Assembly (NCBI GenBank): GCA_041937175.2
Contig: CP166615.1
Coordinates: forward strand, 4,256,001 to 4,320,000
Reading direction: 5' to 3'
Length of the DNA: 64,000 bases
From: Limnothrix sp. BL-A-16
Lineage (GTDB): Bacteria; Cyanobacteriota; Cyanobacteriia; CACIAM-69d
Below, piece by piece: positions 1 through 11,874 of this stretch; the stretch's first letter is position 1, and each line of letters starts with the position of its first letter. The position numbers and the translations under genes were made by a program. The notes under the pieces are model-generated. The model made no database searches and was not told the origin of the DNA. It was given only the letters and a program-made list of their open reading frames with translations.

Positions 1-1
1 G

Positions 2-2134
2 TAATAAATAGTCTCCCCATAGGCCCTCTCGTGGATTACTGGGATCGATATCAGTCACTCTAGGGCTAACTTTGACATCAAAAAAGTCATTGTACTTAAT
101 TTTTACGGGTGGCTCACTACTTTGCCATATTGACGGGACATACAGTTCAATTTCATCACTGTCCTGTGCCGTAGCTTTTTCAATCACTAACAGCATTGGA
201 ATTACATTGGCATCCCACTGTTTCCCAGAAAACTCTAACCAAACTATTTTGCGTAATGCAGCTTCCCGCCCTGGATAAAGCAACTTCCAAACCTTTGCCG
301 CTGCTTCTGAATTGGCGTAGCCACCGCTCACTACCATGCCCAACCAGCCGCCAGATTCCAAAGATTCCGTCAACGCACGGTAGAGAAACACTAAGCCAGT
401 ATCCGCATTCTGTCCCCAAATTTGGTGCCATAGCCCGCGCATCTCATCGTTATATTTCACCCGCTCTGCCCGAATGTAGGGAGGGTTGCCCACAATATAT
501 TTCCACTGCTTACTATCCCGCTCTGCGGAGCCAGGAGCCAAGAAACCTGCTCCTAGTAGCGGAACCAGATCGGATTCCCGCAGCAAGCTATTTAGGTTAT
601 AGATATGAATTTTAGGAATATCTGCGGGGGTGGTTGAGGGTTTGAAGCGTACCAGTGCCCACATTAATTGAAAGTGGCTGATAAATGCTGCAAATGGGTT
701 GAGATCAAATCCCCAAACGGTAGCTTGTAATTCTTGTGAAACGGCATCTGAATCAAGCCCTCTTGTTTTTGCATCTTTCAGACACCGATGGATGTATCGC
801 ACTAAAAATGAACCACTTCCACAGGAGGGATCAAGCAATGTGCCTTCACCGTTCTGCAATACGGTTTGCTCCAACAACCAATCCACGATCGATGGTGGTG
901 TATAAAATTCTCCTAACCGTTTCCGTTTAGCAGGAGGTAAGAAAGTTTGATAAATATCTCCCAGAATTTCTTCCGACAATCCAGAAAAGTCGTAAGCATT
1001 GAATCGAAGAATTAGACGCTGCAATGCTTCATCTAATGCACCGTTGGTTTCGTAAATCCAATCAAATAAATTTCGCTCAAAGGGTTCATGATACAGCCGT
1101 CCGACATCTTCTGCTACCAATTGCACTAACGCCTTAGCATCCCCTGTTAATTGATCTACAAACGCTGCCCAATCTTTGGGACCACCATTCGATAACCGCC
1201 GTTTTTTCGTCAGCTTTAAATCTTCTACCAATCGCAAAAACAGCACACGAGCAACTAGCACTGCAACTGAATCAGCTACAAAAGATTCTTGAATCCGCTG
1301 TTTAAGTTCATCCTCCCTCAATTTTTTGCCATTCTTATCGATAACTCGCCCATACTGATCTTCAAAGCGAGGTAGAAGATCCTCTAACAGGTGTCGATGA
1401 AAGTCAAACTTAAACCGCAACCGCACTAATGCCCGTCGCTGAGTGTCGCCTGTATCTACTAAATTGCGCTGAATTTCCTGTTCCTGTTGTTTAAATTCTT
1501 CATACTGTTGGATGAGTGTGGCGATTACCTGTTCTGCTGCTGTACTGAGTTCAGTAAAGCTCATTTGCAAATCTTGGCGCAAACGGTCTAATATTTCTGG
1601 TGCATCAAGTTTTAAGTAAACATAGGGTAATTGTCCATCAATGAATGTTGCCCATTGATTGCCATGTGTTGCCTGTTCATAGGAGATAAATTTAAGTTTT
1701 TCTTTTAATTCTTCAAACGTTATTTCAGACAAGTTGCATGGTTCTTCAAATCCTGAAACAGGATCCCCTGTAGGTAAGACAATCCAGAGATAACGGGCTG
1801 TTAAAAACAAGACATATCGAGTTAGTCCCTCAATGTACTTACATTTTTGATTCCAGAGCCTACGTCGTCCAGCTTCTGTATTCAGTTCTGCATCATCTTT
1901 TTTCAGATCCCCTACAACCCAGGCAATTTTCTCAGGAGTCAATAGCTTGATATCTGGATAGCCACCACCACCGCGATCTTCAGTAATAACCCGATCCTTG
2001 GGATAATCCAGTAACCCAGCTAAGAAATCACGAACATTTGGGTTGTATGACCGCTCTGGTCGATTCCAATCCAAAGCAAGCCATTTTTTTAAAGGGTTTT
2101 GTTGCTGTTTTGGTGATCTGATATTTTTAGACAC
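2..2134 (-). CDS. Type IIG-like restriction-modification enzyme (PD-(D/E)xK nuclease fused to an N6-adenine methyltransferase); 3' end runs off the window
   Basis: Translated by hand from GTG at 2134, with AAGAGG upstream: MSKNIRSPKQQQNPLKKW...YPDIKLL...VVGDLKK (nuclease-like), LGEFYTP (motif X), LLDPSCGSGSFL (motif I), GFDLNP, IVGNPPY (motif IV). The frame stays open to the window edge. Not in the ORF track. Confidence 0.88.
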   Translation of the reverse strand, partial: MSKNIRSPKQQQNPLKKWLALDWNRPERSYNPNVRDFLAGLLDYPKDRVITEDRGGGGYPDIKLLTPEKIAWVVGDLKKDDAELNTEAGRRRLWNQKCKYIEGLTRYVLFLTARYLWIVLPTGDPVSGFEEPCNLSEITFEELKEKLKFISYEQATHGNQWATFIDGQLPYVYLKLDAPEILDRLRQDLQMSFTELSTAAEQVIATLIQQYEEFKQQEQEIQRNLVDTGDTQRRALVRLRFKFDFHRHLLEDLLPRFEDQYGRVIDKNGKKLREDELKQRIQESFVADSVAVLVARVLFLRLVEDLKLTKKRRLSNGGPKDWAAFVDQLTGDAKALVQLVAEDVGRLYHEPFERNLFDWIYETNGALDEALQRLILRFNAYDFSGLSEEILGDIYQTFLPPAKRKRLGEFYTPPSIVDWLLEQTVLQNGEGTLLDPSCGSGSFLVRYIHRCLKDAKTRGLDSDAVSQELQATVWGFDLNPFAAFISHFQLMWALVRFKPSTTPADIPKIHIYNLNSLLRESDLVPLLGAGFLAPGSAERDSKQWKYIVGNPPYIRAERVKYNDEMRGLWHQIWGQNADTGLVFLYRALTESLESGGWLGMVVSGGYANSEAAAKVWKLLYPGREAALRKIVWLEFSGKQWDANVIPMLLVIEKATAQDSDEIELYVPSIWQSSEPPVKIKYNDFFDVKVSPRVTDIDPSNPREGLWGDYLL

Positions 2135-2383
2135 GGATACATAACCTCTTTACTTTTAAATGTTTCTAGAAAGGTGTCAGCAGGAGCCTTGGTTGGCACT
2201 GAATTGAAAAGTGCAGATAATTTTTAAGAAGAAACTGTTCCTTGAGGGTCAAAAGTACCTCAAAAAATCTTGAAGTCTACTCACTGATGTTGATTCACGA
2301 TCCTTGCCAGTAGCCCAAGCAGGATAACAAAGGTTGAGCAGCCTGAACCGCTTGGCCAGGCTGCACCAGTTTTCAGGAGAGGC

Positions 2384-3778
<1,395 letters not shown>

Positions 3779-4451
3779 TCAATTGCCAGAATCAGAATAA
3801 GTCTTCATGGGTCGTTTGCGCGGGTTTTGCGCGTGAGATCCCGTGAACCTGCTGGGATGCTTCTAGGCGGCTCTGGTGCTTTGATGGCAGCGAGCTTTGG
3901 GGTTTGGACTTGGGCAAATCAAGGCCGGAGCACTTGAATCCCAACCTTAAACCTCAAAAGTCGGAACTCTCAAAACTTCAGCCCCGAGGCCGGAACACTG
4001 AAACTGACCATTACCGAAACTGACCATTGTTGACCTTGGATGATTTTTTTTGCTGCATCAACCATTACGGCTTGGGCAGCCAATTGGGGTCTGAAATGGG
4101 CTTCGGTGGGACTTCCGTCAGTTAATTGAGCGGTATCGGATGATTGAGCGGTATCGGACTGATTCTGGCTCTGTCGTAACCGTAAGATCGGCCGATCGCC
4201 CCAAAACTTTAGGGATCGATCGGGAGCTGATGCTATAGATCGCCCTGATCGCCCCGATCCCCCCGATCGCCCCAGGAGCAATCTGCCCCAGGTGGATTCG
4301 CGAACGGGGGTATCGATCGGGCACGTTAGAAAGTCAGTCCGTTAGTTGGCTGAGGCGGGCTGGCTGGGGCGAATTGGCTAGGACTGATTTGCTGAGACTG
4401 GCTTCGCCAAAATCCCCTACACTGAAACTGCTACTTTGCTCGATCGCTCGA

Positions 4452-6167
4452 ATGCTGGTTAAAGCCAAGCCCCAGCCCCTAGCCCCCCGTTGGCAAAAAC
4501 CCCGATATTCCAGTTGGGAACGGCAGAAGGACGTGACGATCGCAATCGGGCGATTTGTCTCGGCCCTGTGGTGGGATCGCGTTCGCAAACAAAACAGCAG
4601 TGAGCAACGCAGTCGTCGGGCCCAGTGGTTGGCCCAAACCCTGGTGAACTTGGGGCCCGCGTTTATCAAAGTGGGACAGGCCCTGTCCACCCGCCCCGAT
4701 TTGTTGCCGGGGGAATATATCACCGCCCTCAGCCGATTGCAGGATGCCGTGCCACCCTTCAGCACGGATCTGGCGATCGCCACGATCGAAGCCGAGCTGG
4801 GCCAATCCGTTCAAGAACTCTTTGCGGAATTTGAACCGGAGCCGATCGCGGCGGCCAGTTTGGGGCAAGTCCACCGGGCCCTGTTGCCTGGGGGCGATCG
4901 GGTGGTGGTCAAAGTTCAGCGCCCGGGTCTGGAGCCGCTGTTTGATCTAGATTTCAAAGTGCTACGGCGTTTAATTCACTGGAGCGAGCTGCTCTTTCCC
5001 TGGACTCAGCAATACGATCTGGAGTCCATTTATCAAGAATTTTTTCGGATTCTCTATCAAGAAATTGACTACGTTCACGAGGCCCACAACGCCGATCACT
5101 TTCGCCAAAATTTCCAGGAATTTCAAAACGTCCGAGTTCCCAAAATCCATTGGCCCTACACCACTTCCCGCGTGTTGGTGATGGAATATTTGCCGGGAAT
5201 TAAGGTGGATGATTGCGAAGCGCTTGAATCCTGTGGCATTGACACCAAAAAACTGAATCAATTGGGTGTTTGTTGCTACTTAAAGCAGCTTTTGCAAGAT
5301 GGCTTCTTCCAAGCGGATCCCCATCCGGGCAATCTGGCAGTGACCCAAGATGGATCGCTGATCTTCTATGACTTTGGCATGTTTGTGGAAGTGAAATCCC
5401 TGGCCAAAGAACAGATGCTGCAAACCCTATTTGCGGTTCTGAAAAAAGATAGTGAATCGGTGTTGGAATCCCTAATTTCCATGGGACTGATTGAGCCGGT
5501 TTCGGATATGCGACCGGTGCGCAAATTGTTGCAATTTACCCTGGAACGGTTTGCGGAACGGCCGGTGGATGTGAATGCATTTACGGAAATGCGCCGGGAA
5601 ATTGCCACGTTGTTTGAGCAACAACCGTTCCGACTGCCGGCCCAAATGACTTACATTTTGAAGTCGATTACAACGCTGGATGGCATTGCCCGGCGACTGG
5701 ATCCGGAATATAACCTGATTGCGTTGGCCAAACCCTTTGTGAAGCAGTTTGCGGGTATTGATCCAAACCGATCGCTCGCGGAAGGCCCAGGAGCCAGCAA
5801 AACCCAAAAATGGCTGGGCCTGGCCAAGTTGGCCCTGGATACGGTGCAGGCGCAACTGAGCAAGCCGAATCCAACGGTGCTGGCAATTCAGCGACTGGAG
5901 CAACGAATTGAGCGGGGTGAGCTGGAGTTGCGGGTGCGATCGACCGAAACCGATCGGGCCCTGAAGCGTCTGAACCTGTCGATCGAATGCTTGATGTACA
6001 CCTGCTTGGCGGGCTGTTTGCTGATTAGCGGAGCGGTTTTGGTGACGGGGCCCCTGGCTCACTGGGCGGCCTTTGTGTTTGCGGGGTCGGGGGTGGCGGT
6101 GGTGTTGCTGGTGCGGGCCTTGGTGCGGCTGTCGGTGCGCAAGCGGCTCGATCGGTTCATTGAGTAG
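4452..6167 (+). CDS. ABC1/AarF/UbiB-family atypical kinase
   Basis: [47 protein letters not shown]; two C-terminal TM helices. ATG 4452 preferred over TTG 4374. Confidence 0.93.
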   Translation: MLVKAKPQPLAPRWQKPRYSSWERQKDVTIAIGRFVSALWWDRVRKQNSSEQRSRRAQWLAQTLVNLGPAFIKVGQALSTRPDLLPGEYITALSRLQDAVPPFSTDLAIATIEAELGQSVQELFAEFEPEPIAAASLGQVHRALLPGGDRVVVKVQRPGLEPLFDLDFKVLRRLIHWSELLFPWTQQYDLESIYQEFFRILYQEIDYVHEAHNADHFRQNFQEFQNVRVPKIHWPYTTSRVLVMEYLPGIKVDDCEALESCGIDTKKLNQLGVCCYLKQLLQDGFFQADPHPGNLAVTQDGSLIFYDFGMFVEVKSLAKEQMLQTLFAVLKKDSESVLESLISMGLIEPVSDMRPVRKLLQFTLERFAERPVDVNAFTEMRREIATLFEQQPFRLPAQMTYILKSITTLDGIARRLDPEYNLIALAKPFVKQFAGIDPNRSLAEGPGASKTQKWLGLAKLALDTVQAQLSKPNPTVLAIQRLEQRIERGELELRVRSTETDRALKRLNLSIECLMYTCLAGCLLISGAVLVTGPLAHWAAFVFAGSGVAVVLLVRALVRLSVRKRLDRFIE

Positions 6168-6169
6168 CC

Positions 6170-6733
6170 ATGGCCGATCGAGAACGGATTCTGGGTCTTG
6201 ATCCGGGACTAGCCATTTTAGGATTTGGGGCCATTAGCGTTCCCGCCGTTGGGGATCCGGCTTTTGGGGGTGATGGTTCGTTGGGTTGGCGATCGAGCGA
6301 TCCGGCGGCTATCGACCCAGTGGCGATCGAATTGATCGACTTTGGAATTATTGCCACCCCTGCCGGCCAGCCCATTGGCGATCGGTTGGTGACCCTCCAC
6401 GACGATTTGCACGCGGTCATTGACCAAATTCAGCCCGATCGGGTGGCGATCGAAAAGCTCTTTTTTTATCGGATGGGCAACACGATCGCCGTAGCCCAAG
6501 CCCGTGGGGTGGTGTTGCTGGTGTTGGCTCAACGGCAACTTCCTTGGGTAGAATTCACACCGGCCCAAATTAAGCAAGCCCTCACCGGTTACGGCAACGC
6601 CAAGAAGCCTGAAGTACAAGCCGCTGTGGCCCGGGAGTTGGATTTGGCCACCTTGCCCAAGCCGGACGATGCGGCCGACGCTTTGGCCGTGGCGATCGCC
6701 GCTTGGGGGGCAGAGGCTGCCAATCGCGGCTAG
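6170..6733 (+). CDS. ruvC: Holliday junction resolvase RuvC
   Basis: [42 protein letters not shown]. Confidence 0.95.
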   Translation: MADRERILGLDPGLAILGFGAISVPAVGDPAFGGDGSLGWRSSDPAAIDPVAIELIDFGIIATPAGQPIGDRLVTLHDDLHAVIDQIQPDRVAIEKLFFYRMGNTIAVAQARGVVLLVLAQRQLPWVEFTPAQIKQALTGYGNAKKPEVQAAVARELDLATLPKPDDAADALAVAIAAWGAEAANRG

Positions 6734-6861
6734 GGGCCAATCGGCTCACGGGTAGAACTGTTTGGGTAGAACCAATCATGAGGGCCAGTTGGGTAGAGTC
6801 AATTGGCTAGAAACCAGTTGGTAGCAGGTTGTTAGAGTTGCGAAGTTGCGGGGCGAGATCG

Positions 6862-7452
6862 ATGTTGCGAATCAGTCAGGGGCTGGAAACACCACAACTG
6901 ATCACCTCGGGAAACGCTGCTCGCAAAAGCTGCCAAATTGATCGTGCGCTCCTGGAACCGGAACACCCCCAACATCAATATTGGATGGGTCAAGCCCTGC
7001 AATTGGCCGCCGCCGCCGGGGCCGCCGGGGATGTGCCCGTGGGGGCGATCGTCGTGGATGGACAAGGCCAGGCGATCGCGCAGGCCGAAAACCGCAAGCA
7101 ACGGGATGGCGATCCCACGGGTCATGCGGAACTTTTGGCGCTCCAACGGGCCGGGCGATCGCGCCAAAATTGGCATCTGAATGATTGCGTTCTTTACGTC
7201 ACCCTGGAGCCTTGCCCCATGTGTGCGGGGGCAATCATTAACGCTAGACTTGGGTTGCTTGTTTTTGGGGCGATCGATCCCAAAGCGGGAGCCATTTGCT
7301 CTGTGCTAAATTTGCCCGCCAGTGCCGCTTCTAATCACCGATTGCCGGTTATTGGAGGTGTCTTGGGCCAAAGCTGCCAGCAACAATTACAAGCCTGGTT
7401 TCAACGGAAGCGTCCCGATCAATTCTGCACCCAGCCTGCGGAAAATATCTGA
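6862..7452 (+). CDS. tadA: tRNA adenosine(34) deaminase; start uncertain
   Basis: VPVGAIVV, GHAELLAL, LYVTLEPCPMCAGAI, FGAIDPKAG. Confidence 0.92.
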   Translation: MLRISQGLETPQLITSGNAARKSCQIDRALLEPEHPQHQYWMGQALQLAAAAGAAGDVPVGAIVVDGQGQAIAQAENRKQRDGDPTGHAELLALQRAGRSRQNWHLNDCVLYVTLEPCPMCAGAIINARLGLLVFGAIDPKAGAICSVLNLPASAASNHRLPVIGGVLGQSCQQQLQAWFQRKRPDQFCTQPAENI

Positions 7453-7653
7453 ATAGTATCTTGGAGTACTTGCCAAGCGCCAATTGTTCTGGTCACAAAG
7501 AACTTTAGCCTCTTATTTTTTGTTGCTAGATCCGTCAATCTATAAACTTTTGATATGCCGGTTTTGATTTTTCAAATATTCCTAATTAAAGAGGCCTAGC
7601 TTGCATCAATTCGGGATGAATTTTCCTTCACTCATTAACTCCGAGAAACCTAA

Positions 7654-7923
7654 GAAAATGTCTGAAAAGCCAAAATTGCTACTCTGTACGCCCCAGTGAT
7701 CGACTTAAACAAGGGGCTTAGGGCCTGTCGTCAAATCGCATGAAACCTTGATTCCGCCGTTGGCAGATCGTGGGGGACAAGGGGCTTGAGCATCTTGTTA
7801 CAACGACTGGGACATGGAAAATCAATCGTTTTCGCCCGATCCTAGGAAATGACGACAGGCCCTAAGCCCCTTCCACGACTATTGGTGCTTGCTCGTGCCA
7901 AAGAATCCTTTTTAAACATCCTC
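7654..7923. mobile_element. MITE family A, copy 1 (126-bp element interrupted by a MITE B insertion)
   Basis: Ends GAAAATGTCTGAAAAG...CTTTTTAAACATCCTC, flanked by TAA/TAA. Length 270 = 126 + 142-bp insert + 2-bp duplication. Matches the copies at 11226 and 40354. Confidence 0.92.
7721..7862. mobile_element. MITE family B, copy 1 (142 bp), nested in MITE A
   Basis: TIRs GGGCCTGTCGTCA / TGACGACAGGCCC, with TA on both sides (7719-7720, 7863-7864). Homologous, in inverted orientation, to 37012-37154. Confidence 0.92.
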
Positions 7924-8335
7924 TAAGGGGCTGATCTGGAATGAACAAAACTGAAAAGGGCAGAAAGCTGCTGTTGGATGATCGTAACTACTTGTGAAGA
8001 GATTAAGTGCTTTTAAGAAAACCTTATTCTGAAAATAATAAAATTATTGTTCACTGCTGAAATGGCGAAAGTTTGATGATGGCTGCCGCAAATCCCCCAA
8101 CCTGTGATCAACTATGCATAGATGATCGATCGCCAGCCATCTCCCCAACCTCTGAGGCATCGGAACTCCAATCGTTTGCAGGCCCCCACCCGATCGCTAA
8201 CAGTGCCAGACAAAACCTGAGCACCGGCCCCGACAAGCCAAAAACTACAGGCTAAAAACTAAAAGATGCCTGGAATCCTTCTTGGAATCCTTCAAGGTAT
8301 AATTTGACTTCGCTGAGACTTGTGTTGGGGGCAAA

Positions 8336-8866
8336 ATGGCGACTATTTCTAAGAAAATTTGTTTAGTTGGCGATTTTAGTGTTGGTAAAACCAGTCTAAT
8401 TCGTAGGTTTGTTGATCGTCAATTTAGTGACCAATATTTGTCAACGGTTGGCGTTAAGATCTCCAAAAAACTAATTGATTCCACTAGCCTTAAGCTGCCA
8501 GAAGGCGACAAGTTTCAATTAATGGTCTGGGATATTGAAGGACGCACAGATTACAAACCGATCGATGTATCCTATCTCCGTGGCGCGAGTGGAATCATTA
8601 TTGTTTCTGACAGCAGCCGCATGGAAACGGTAGAAAACCTAGACCGTCACCTACAAATGTTTCAGCAAGTTAATCCTAAGGGATCCGTCGTGATTGCCTT
8701 TAATAAGGCAGATCTCATTGAACCATCGATGCTGACTAAGGTTATGGGGCTGCATAGCTTTGCCCATGAATCTCAAGTGGTGGCGACCTATGCCACTTCT
8801 GCCAAAACGGGTGATAATGTTGACAAGATGTTCCTAGAGCTATCGCAATCGATGCTCAACGGGTAA
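8336..8866 (+). CDS. Stand-alone Ras/Rab-like small GTPase
   Basis: G1 GDFSVGKTS, G2 YLSTVG, G3 WDIEG, G4 NKAD, G5 SAK; no CaaX tail. Confidence 0.93.
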   Translation: MATISKKICLVGDFSVGKTSLIRRFVDRQFSDQYLSTVGVKISKKLIDSTSLKLPEGDKFQLMVWDIEGRTDYKPIDVSYLRGASGIIIVSDSSRMETVENLDRHLQMFQQVNPKGSVVIAFNKADLIEPSMLTKVMGLHSFAHESQVVATYATSAKTGDNVDKMFLELSQSMLNG

Positions 8867-8971
8867 CCGAAGGAGAGCTAAAGTCTTCAAGGTCTTCAGG
8901 GATGCAACAGTTGGCATCCAAAGTGGGTAATTTAAAGTCAACTTTGCTGTTGCTGCGACCTCTTGAGCAGA

Positions 8972-11047
8972 ATGAAATTATCCTTGCCTCAGCATATCCA
9001 ATTGATTGTTGTGAACGAAGCCTTCCAGGTGGTTTCGGTTCAGGGCGATGTGGCCCCTCTGATCGATTCAGGATTGCTGGAGATGTTGGTGGAGTCTGCG
9101 GGTGAGGGAGCGATCGCCCCGATCGAAGTCCCAACGGATGGGGCTGTGGATCACGCCCCAGGCCACTGGGCATCCACTGCCCCAGGTCTCAGCCCTGAGC
9201 AACTGGCTGCGCAATTGCTGGGACTGGAGATTTATGAACTGTTCCCAGAACTCTTTGGAATTGATGAAATTTTGGTGGAGGTGGCAGCGGGCGATCGCCC
9301 AGAATTCAACATCAAGGGCATTGGCCGTGTCACCGCCAATGGCTCCCCAATCTATTTTGATATTCATATCACGGCGCACCCCAGCCCAACTGCTGAACAC
9401 TATTTAATTTTCTTCTTAGAAGATGTAACCGATCGCATGAGCTTGGAGCAAGTGCTGGTTCAAGCGACTAATGAAAAACATCTGTTGATTCGGAATTTGG
9501 AGGAAACCAAGCAACAGATTGATCAAATTATTTCGGCCATGAGCGAAATGCTGTTTTTGGTTTCAGAAGCAGGGTTAATTCGGATGGTGAACCCGGCCAC
9601 TCGTCACCTGTTGGGTTACGAAGCTGAGGAATTAATTGGTCAGCCCATGTCGGCGATTTTAGCGCGCCGAGATACCCCATCGGCTCCAGAGTCAGGGCAT
9701 CTGTTGGCGGCGGAGGAAGGGGAAGCGGTTTGCCAAACCAAGACCGGCGCGATTTTAGTGATTGCCTTTTCCCGATCGCGCCTCACCAACACCCTAATGG
9801 GACAGTTGGGGCGTGCAGAAATGGTTCAAGATTTTCTGTATGTGGGACGCGATGTTACGGAAGAAAAACGCCGTCAACGATATCAATCGGTTCAACATTT
9901 AATTACGCGAATTATTTCTGAGTCGAATATTGCCACCCAAGCCCTGTCGGCAGTGGTTCGAGCCTTATGCCAAGAATTTGATTGGCAATTGGGAGAATTT
10001 TGGTTAATCGATCGCACGGAAGTTGGCAGCGGAAATCCATCTGCCCATTGCATCGATCACTGGCTTTCTCCCGTACTAGAAATTAGCCATGATTGGAAGC
10101 CAGTACGTTGCCTGCGCTTGAATGAAGATCACAGCTTCCTCTCGCAGGTTTGGCAAGCAACGAAGGCTAAATGGCAACAAAATCTCCCGAATCAAGCGGT
10201 TCCGGCGGGAACGTTGGAAATTCAGAACCTCAACTTCAAAACCGGGTTTGGATTTCCGATTAAAACTGGCGATCAAGTGTTGGGAATCTTGCTGTTTTTC
10301 AAGCAAGCCTCTCAACTTGTGAGTCCTGATCTGTTGAATCTGGGCGAAAGTTTGGGCAACCAGTTGGGTCAATATGTGGAACGTCGCAAGGCTGAAGAAG
10401 CTCTGCTACTCGAGCAGGAGAAATCTGAGCGCTTGCTATTAAATATCCTGCCGGAAACGATCGCCCATTGCCTGAAGCGCAATGCCAGAACGATTGCAGA
10501 ACAGTTTGCCGCTGTCACCGTTTTGTTTGCAGATATTGTCGGTTTTACGGAAATTGCTTCAAATTTGAGTGCGATCGAGCTGGTGGAATTATTAAATGAA
10601 ATTTTCTCGGAATTTGATCAGCTCACAGAAATTCATGGCCTAGAGAAAATTAAAACCATTGGCGATTCCTACATGGTGGTCGCAGGATTGCCCACCCCTC
10701 GTGCTGACCATGCTCAGGCGATCGCGAATATGGCCCTGGATATGCAGTTAGTCATGAGTCGGTTTAACGACAAACAAAAACGCGATTTTCAAATCCGTAT
10801 CGGGATCCATAGTGGTTCCGTTGTGGCAGGTGTGATTGGCCTGAAGAAATTTATTTATGATCTTTGGGGAGATACGGTCAACACCGCCTCGCGGATGGAA
10901 TCGCACGGCATTCCAGGGAGAATTCAAACCTCAGCCGCCACCTATGCTCTGCTCAAAACTTCTTACCAATTTGAGCATCGTGGCTTAGTTCACATCAAAG
11001 GTAAAGGCGATATGGATACCTATTTTCTGTTGGGCCATATGCCCTAA
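8972..11047 (+). CDS. PAS-PAS-GAF class III adenylate cyclase
   Basis: PAS (VNPATRHLLGYEAEELIG), GAF, and cyclase domain VLFADIVGFT, EKIKTIGDSYM, RIGIHSG, YDLWGDTVNTASRMES. The Lys/Asp pair indicates ATP specificity. ATG 8972 preferred. Confidence 0.93.
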   Translation: MKLSLPQHIQLIVVNEAFQVVSVQGDVAPLIDSGLLEMLVESAGEGAIAPIEVPTDGAVDHAPGHWASTAPGLSPEQLAAQLLGLEIYELFPELFGIDEILVEVAAGDRPEFNIKGIGRVTANGSPIYFDIHITAHPSPTAEHYLIFFLEDVTDRMSLEQVLVQATNEKHLLIRNLEETKQQIDQIISAMSEMLFLVSEAGLIRMVNPATRHLLGYEAEELIGQPMSAILARRDTPSAPESGHLLAAEEGEAVCQTKTGAILVIAFSRSRLTNTLMGQLGRAEMVQDFLYVGRDVTEEKRRQRYQSVQHLITRIISESNIATQALSAVVRALCQEFDWQLGEFWLIDRTEVGSGNPSAHCIDHWLSPVLEISHDWKPVRCLRLNEDHSFLSQVWQATKAKWQQNLPNQAVPAGTLEIQNLNFKTGFGFPIKTGDQVLGILLFFKQASQLVSPDLLNLGESLGNQLGQYVERRKAEEALLLEQEKSERLLLNILPETIAHCLKRNARTIAEQFAAVTVLFADIVGFTEIASNLSAIELVELLNEIFSEFDQLTEIHGLEKIKTIGDSYMVVAGLPTPRADHAQAIANMALDMQLVMSRFNDKQKRDFQIRIGIHSGSVVAGVIGLKKFIYDLWGDTVNTASRMESHGIPGRIQTSAATYALLKTSYQFEHRGLVHIKGKGDMDTYFLLGHMP

Positions 11048-11225
11048 ATAATGATTCGTGATGGTGATTGGTGATGGGGGATCAATTGGCCGATCGACTT
11101 GATCAACTTAGCCCTAAAAACGATGGGCGCTGATGATGCAAGCTGGTAGTGTTGGCTAGCCGCTTCCACCGAATTCCTTTACAATGCAGGGCGGCCCTCA
11201 ATTGTGATTGAATCTCCCAAAGTCA

Positions 11226-11351
11226 GAGGATGTCTGAAAAGCCAAAATTGCTACTCTGTACGCCCCAGTGATCGACTTAGACAAGATGCTCAAGCCCCTT
11301 CCACGACTATTGGTGCTTGCCCGTGCCAAAGAATACTTTTTAAACATCCTC
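11226..11351. mobile_element. MITE family A, copy 2 (126 bp)
   Basis: GAGGATGTCTGAAAAG...CTTTTTAAACATCCTC; flanks TCA/TCG (imperfect 3-bp duplication). Confidence 0.9.
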
Positions 11352-11429
11352 TCGGAAAATTCCATCACCGCTACCGACGATTGCCATTAACGATTGCTTG
11401 ATTTTCAGTCCCCGATCTTTGCTGTTGTT

Positions 11430-11702
11430 ATGACCTTGCCCTCAGAAGATTCGCCCCTTTATAACCATCCTTTGCCACAAATTGAGACGTGGTTGCTATC
11501 CCAAGGTTGCACCCAAGATCGCGAAGCATTGCATTGTTGGCATATCCAAAAGGATGCTTGGCAGGCAACGTTATATCTAGAAGAAGATCGCCTGACGGTT
11601 TATTACTTGAATGCGGAGGGATCTGGAGAGTCTACCCAGCGATCATTTAAATATTCCTTGAGTCGGCGGGATATTGAAGATGCAATTTTCTCAGGGCCTT
11701 GA
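11430..11702 (+). CDS. DUF3143-family conserved cyanobacterial protein
   Basis: PLYNHPLPQIETWL...RSFKYSLSRRDIEDAIFSGP, recognised as the family pattern. Confidence 0.82.
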   Translation: MTLPSEDSPLYNHPLPQIETWLLSQGCTQDREALHCWHIQKDAWQATLYLEEDRLTVYYLNAEGSGESTQRSFKYSLSRRDIEDAIFSGP

Positions 11703-11787
11703 ATCAGAGTTTCGCGCTGGAATCTTGAACCAGAGCTTTACACTAAAGCCTTGAGTGAAACTCTTGAAAATAGCTGGCGAGCTTGAG

Positions 11788-11860
11788 GCTTAACCCATCA
11801 TGCTTAACCCATCATTATTTGGGTGTGAACTATTTGGGTGTGAACTATTTGGGTGTGAAC
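11788..11860. repeat. Short tandem repeats (14 bp x2, then 15 bp x3)
   Basis: GCTTAACCCATCAT x2 followed by TATTTGGGTGTGAAC x3, just downstream of uppS. Confidence 0.9.
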
Positions 11861-11874
11861 TTTGAGTGCGAACT

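Noticed and set aside
3970..4281. 103-aa ORF containing RSGGSGRSGR as a PatS/PatX-like peptide
   Set aside because: No RGSGR; the R/S/G pattern comes from clustered HIP1-like CGATCG repeats; no RBS or signal peptide.
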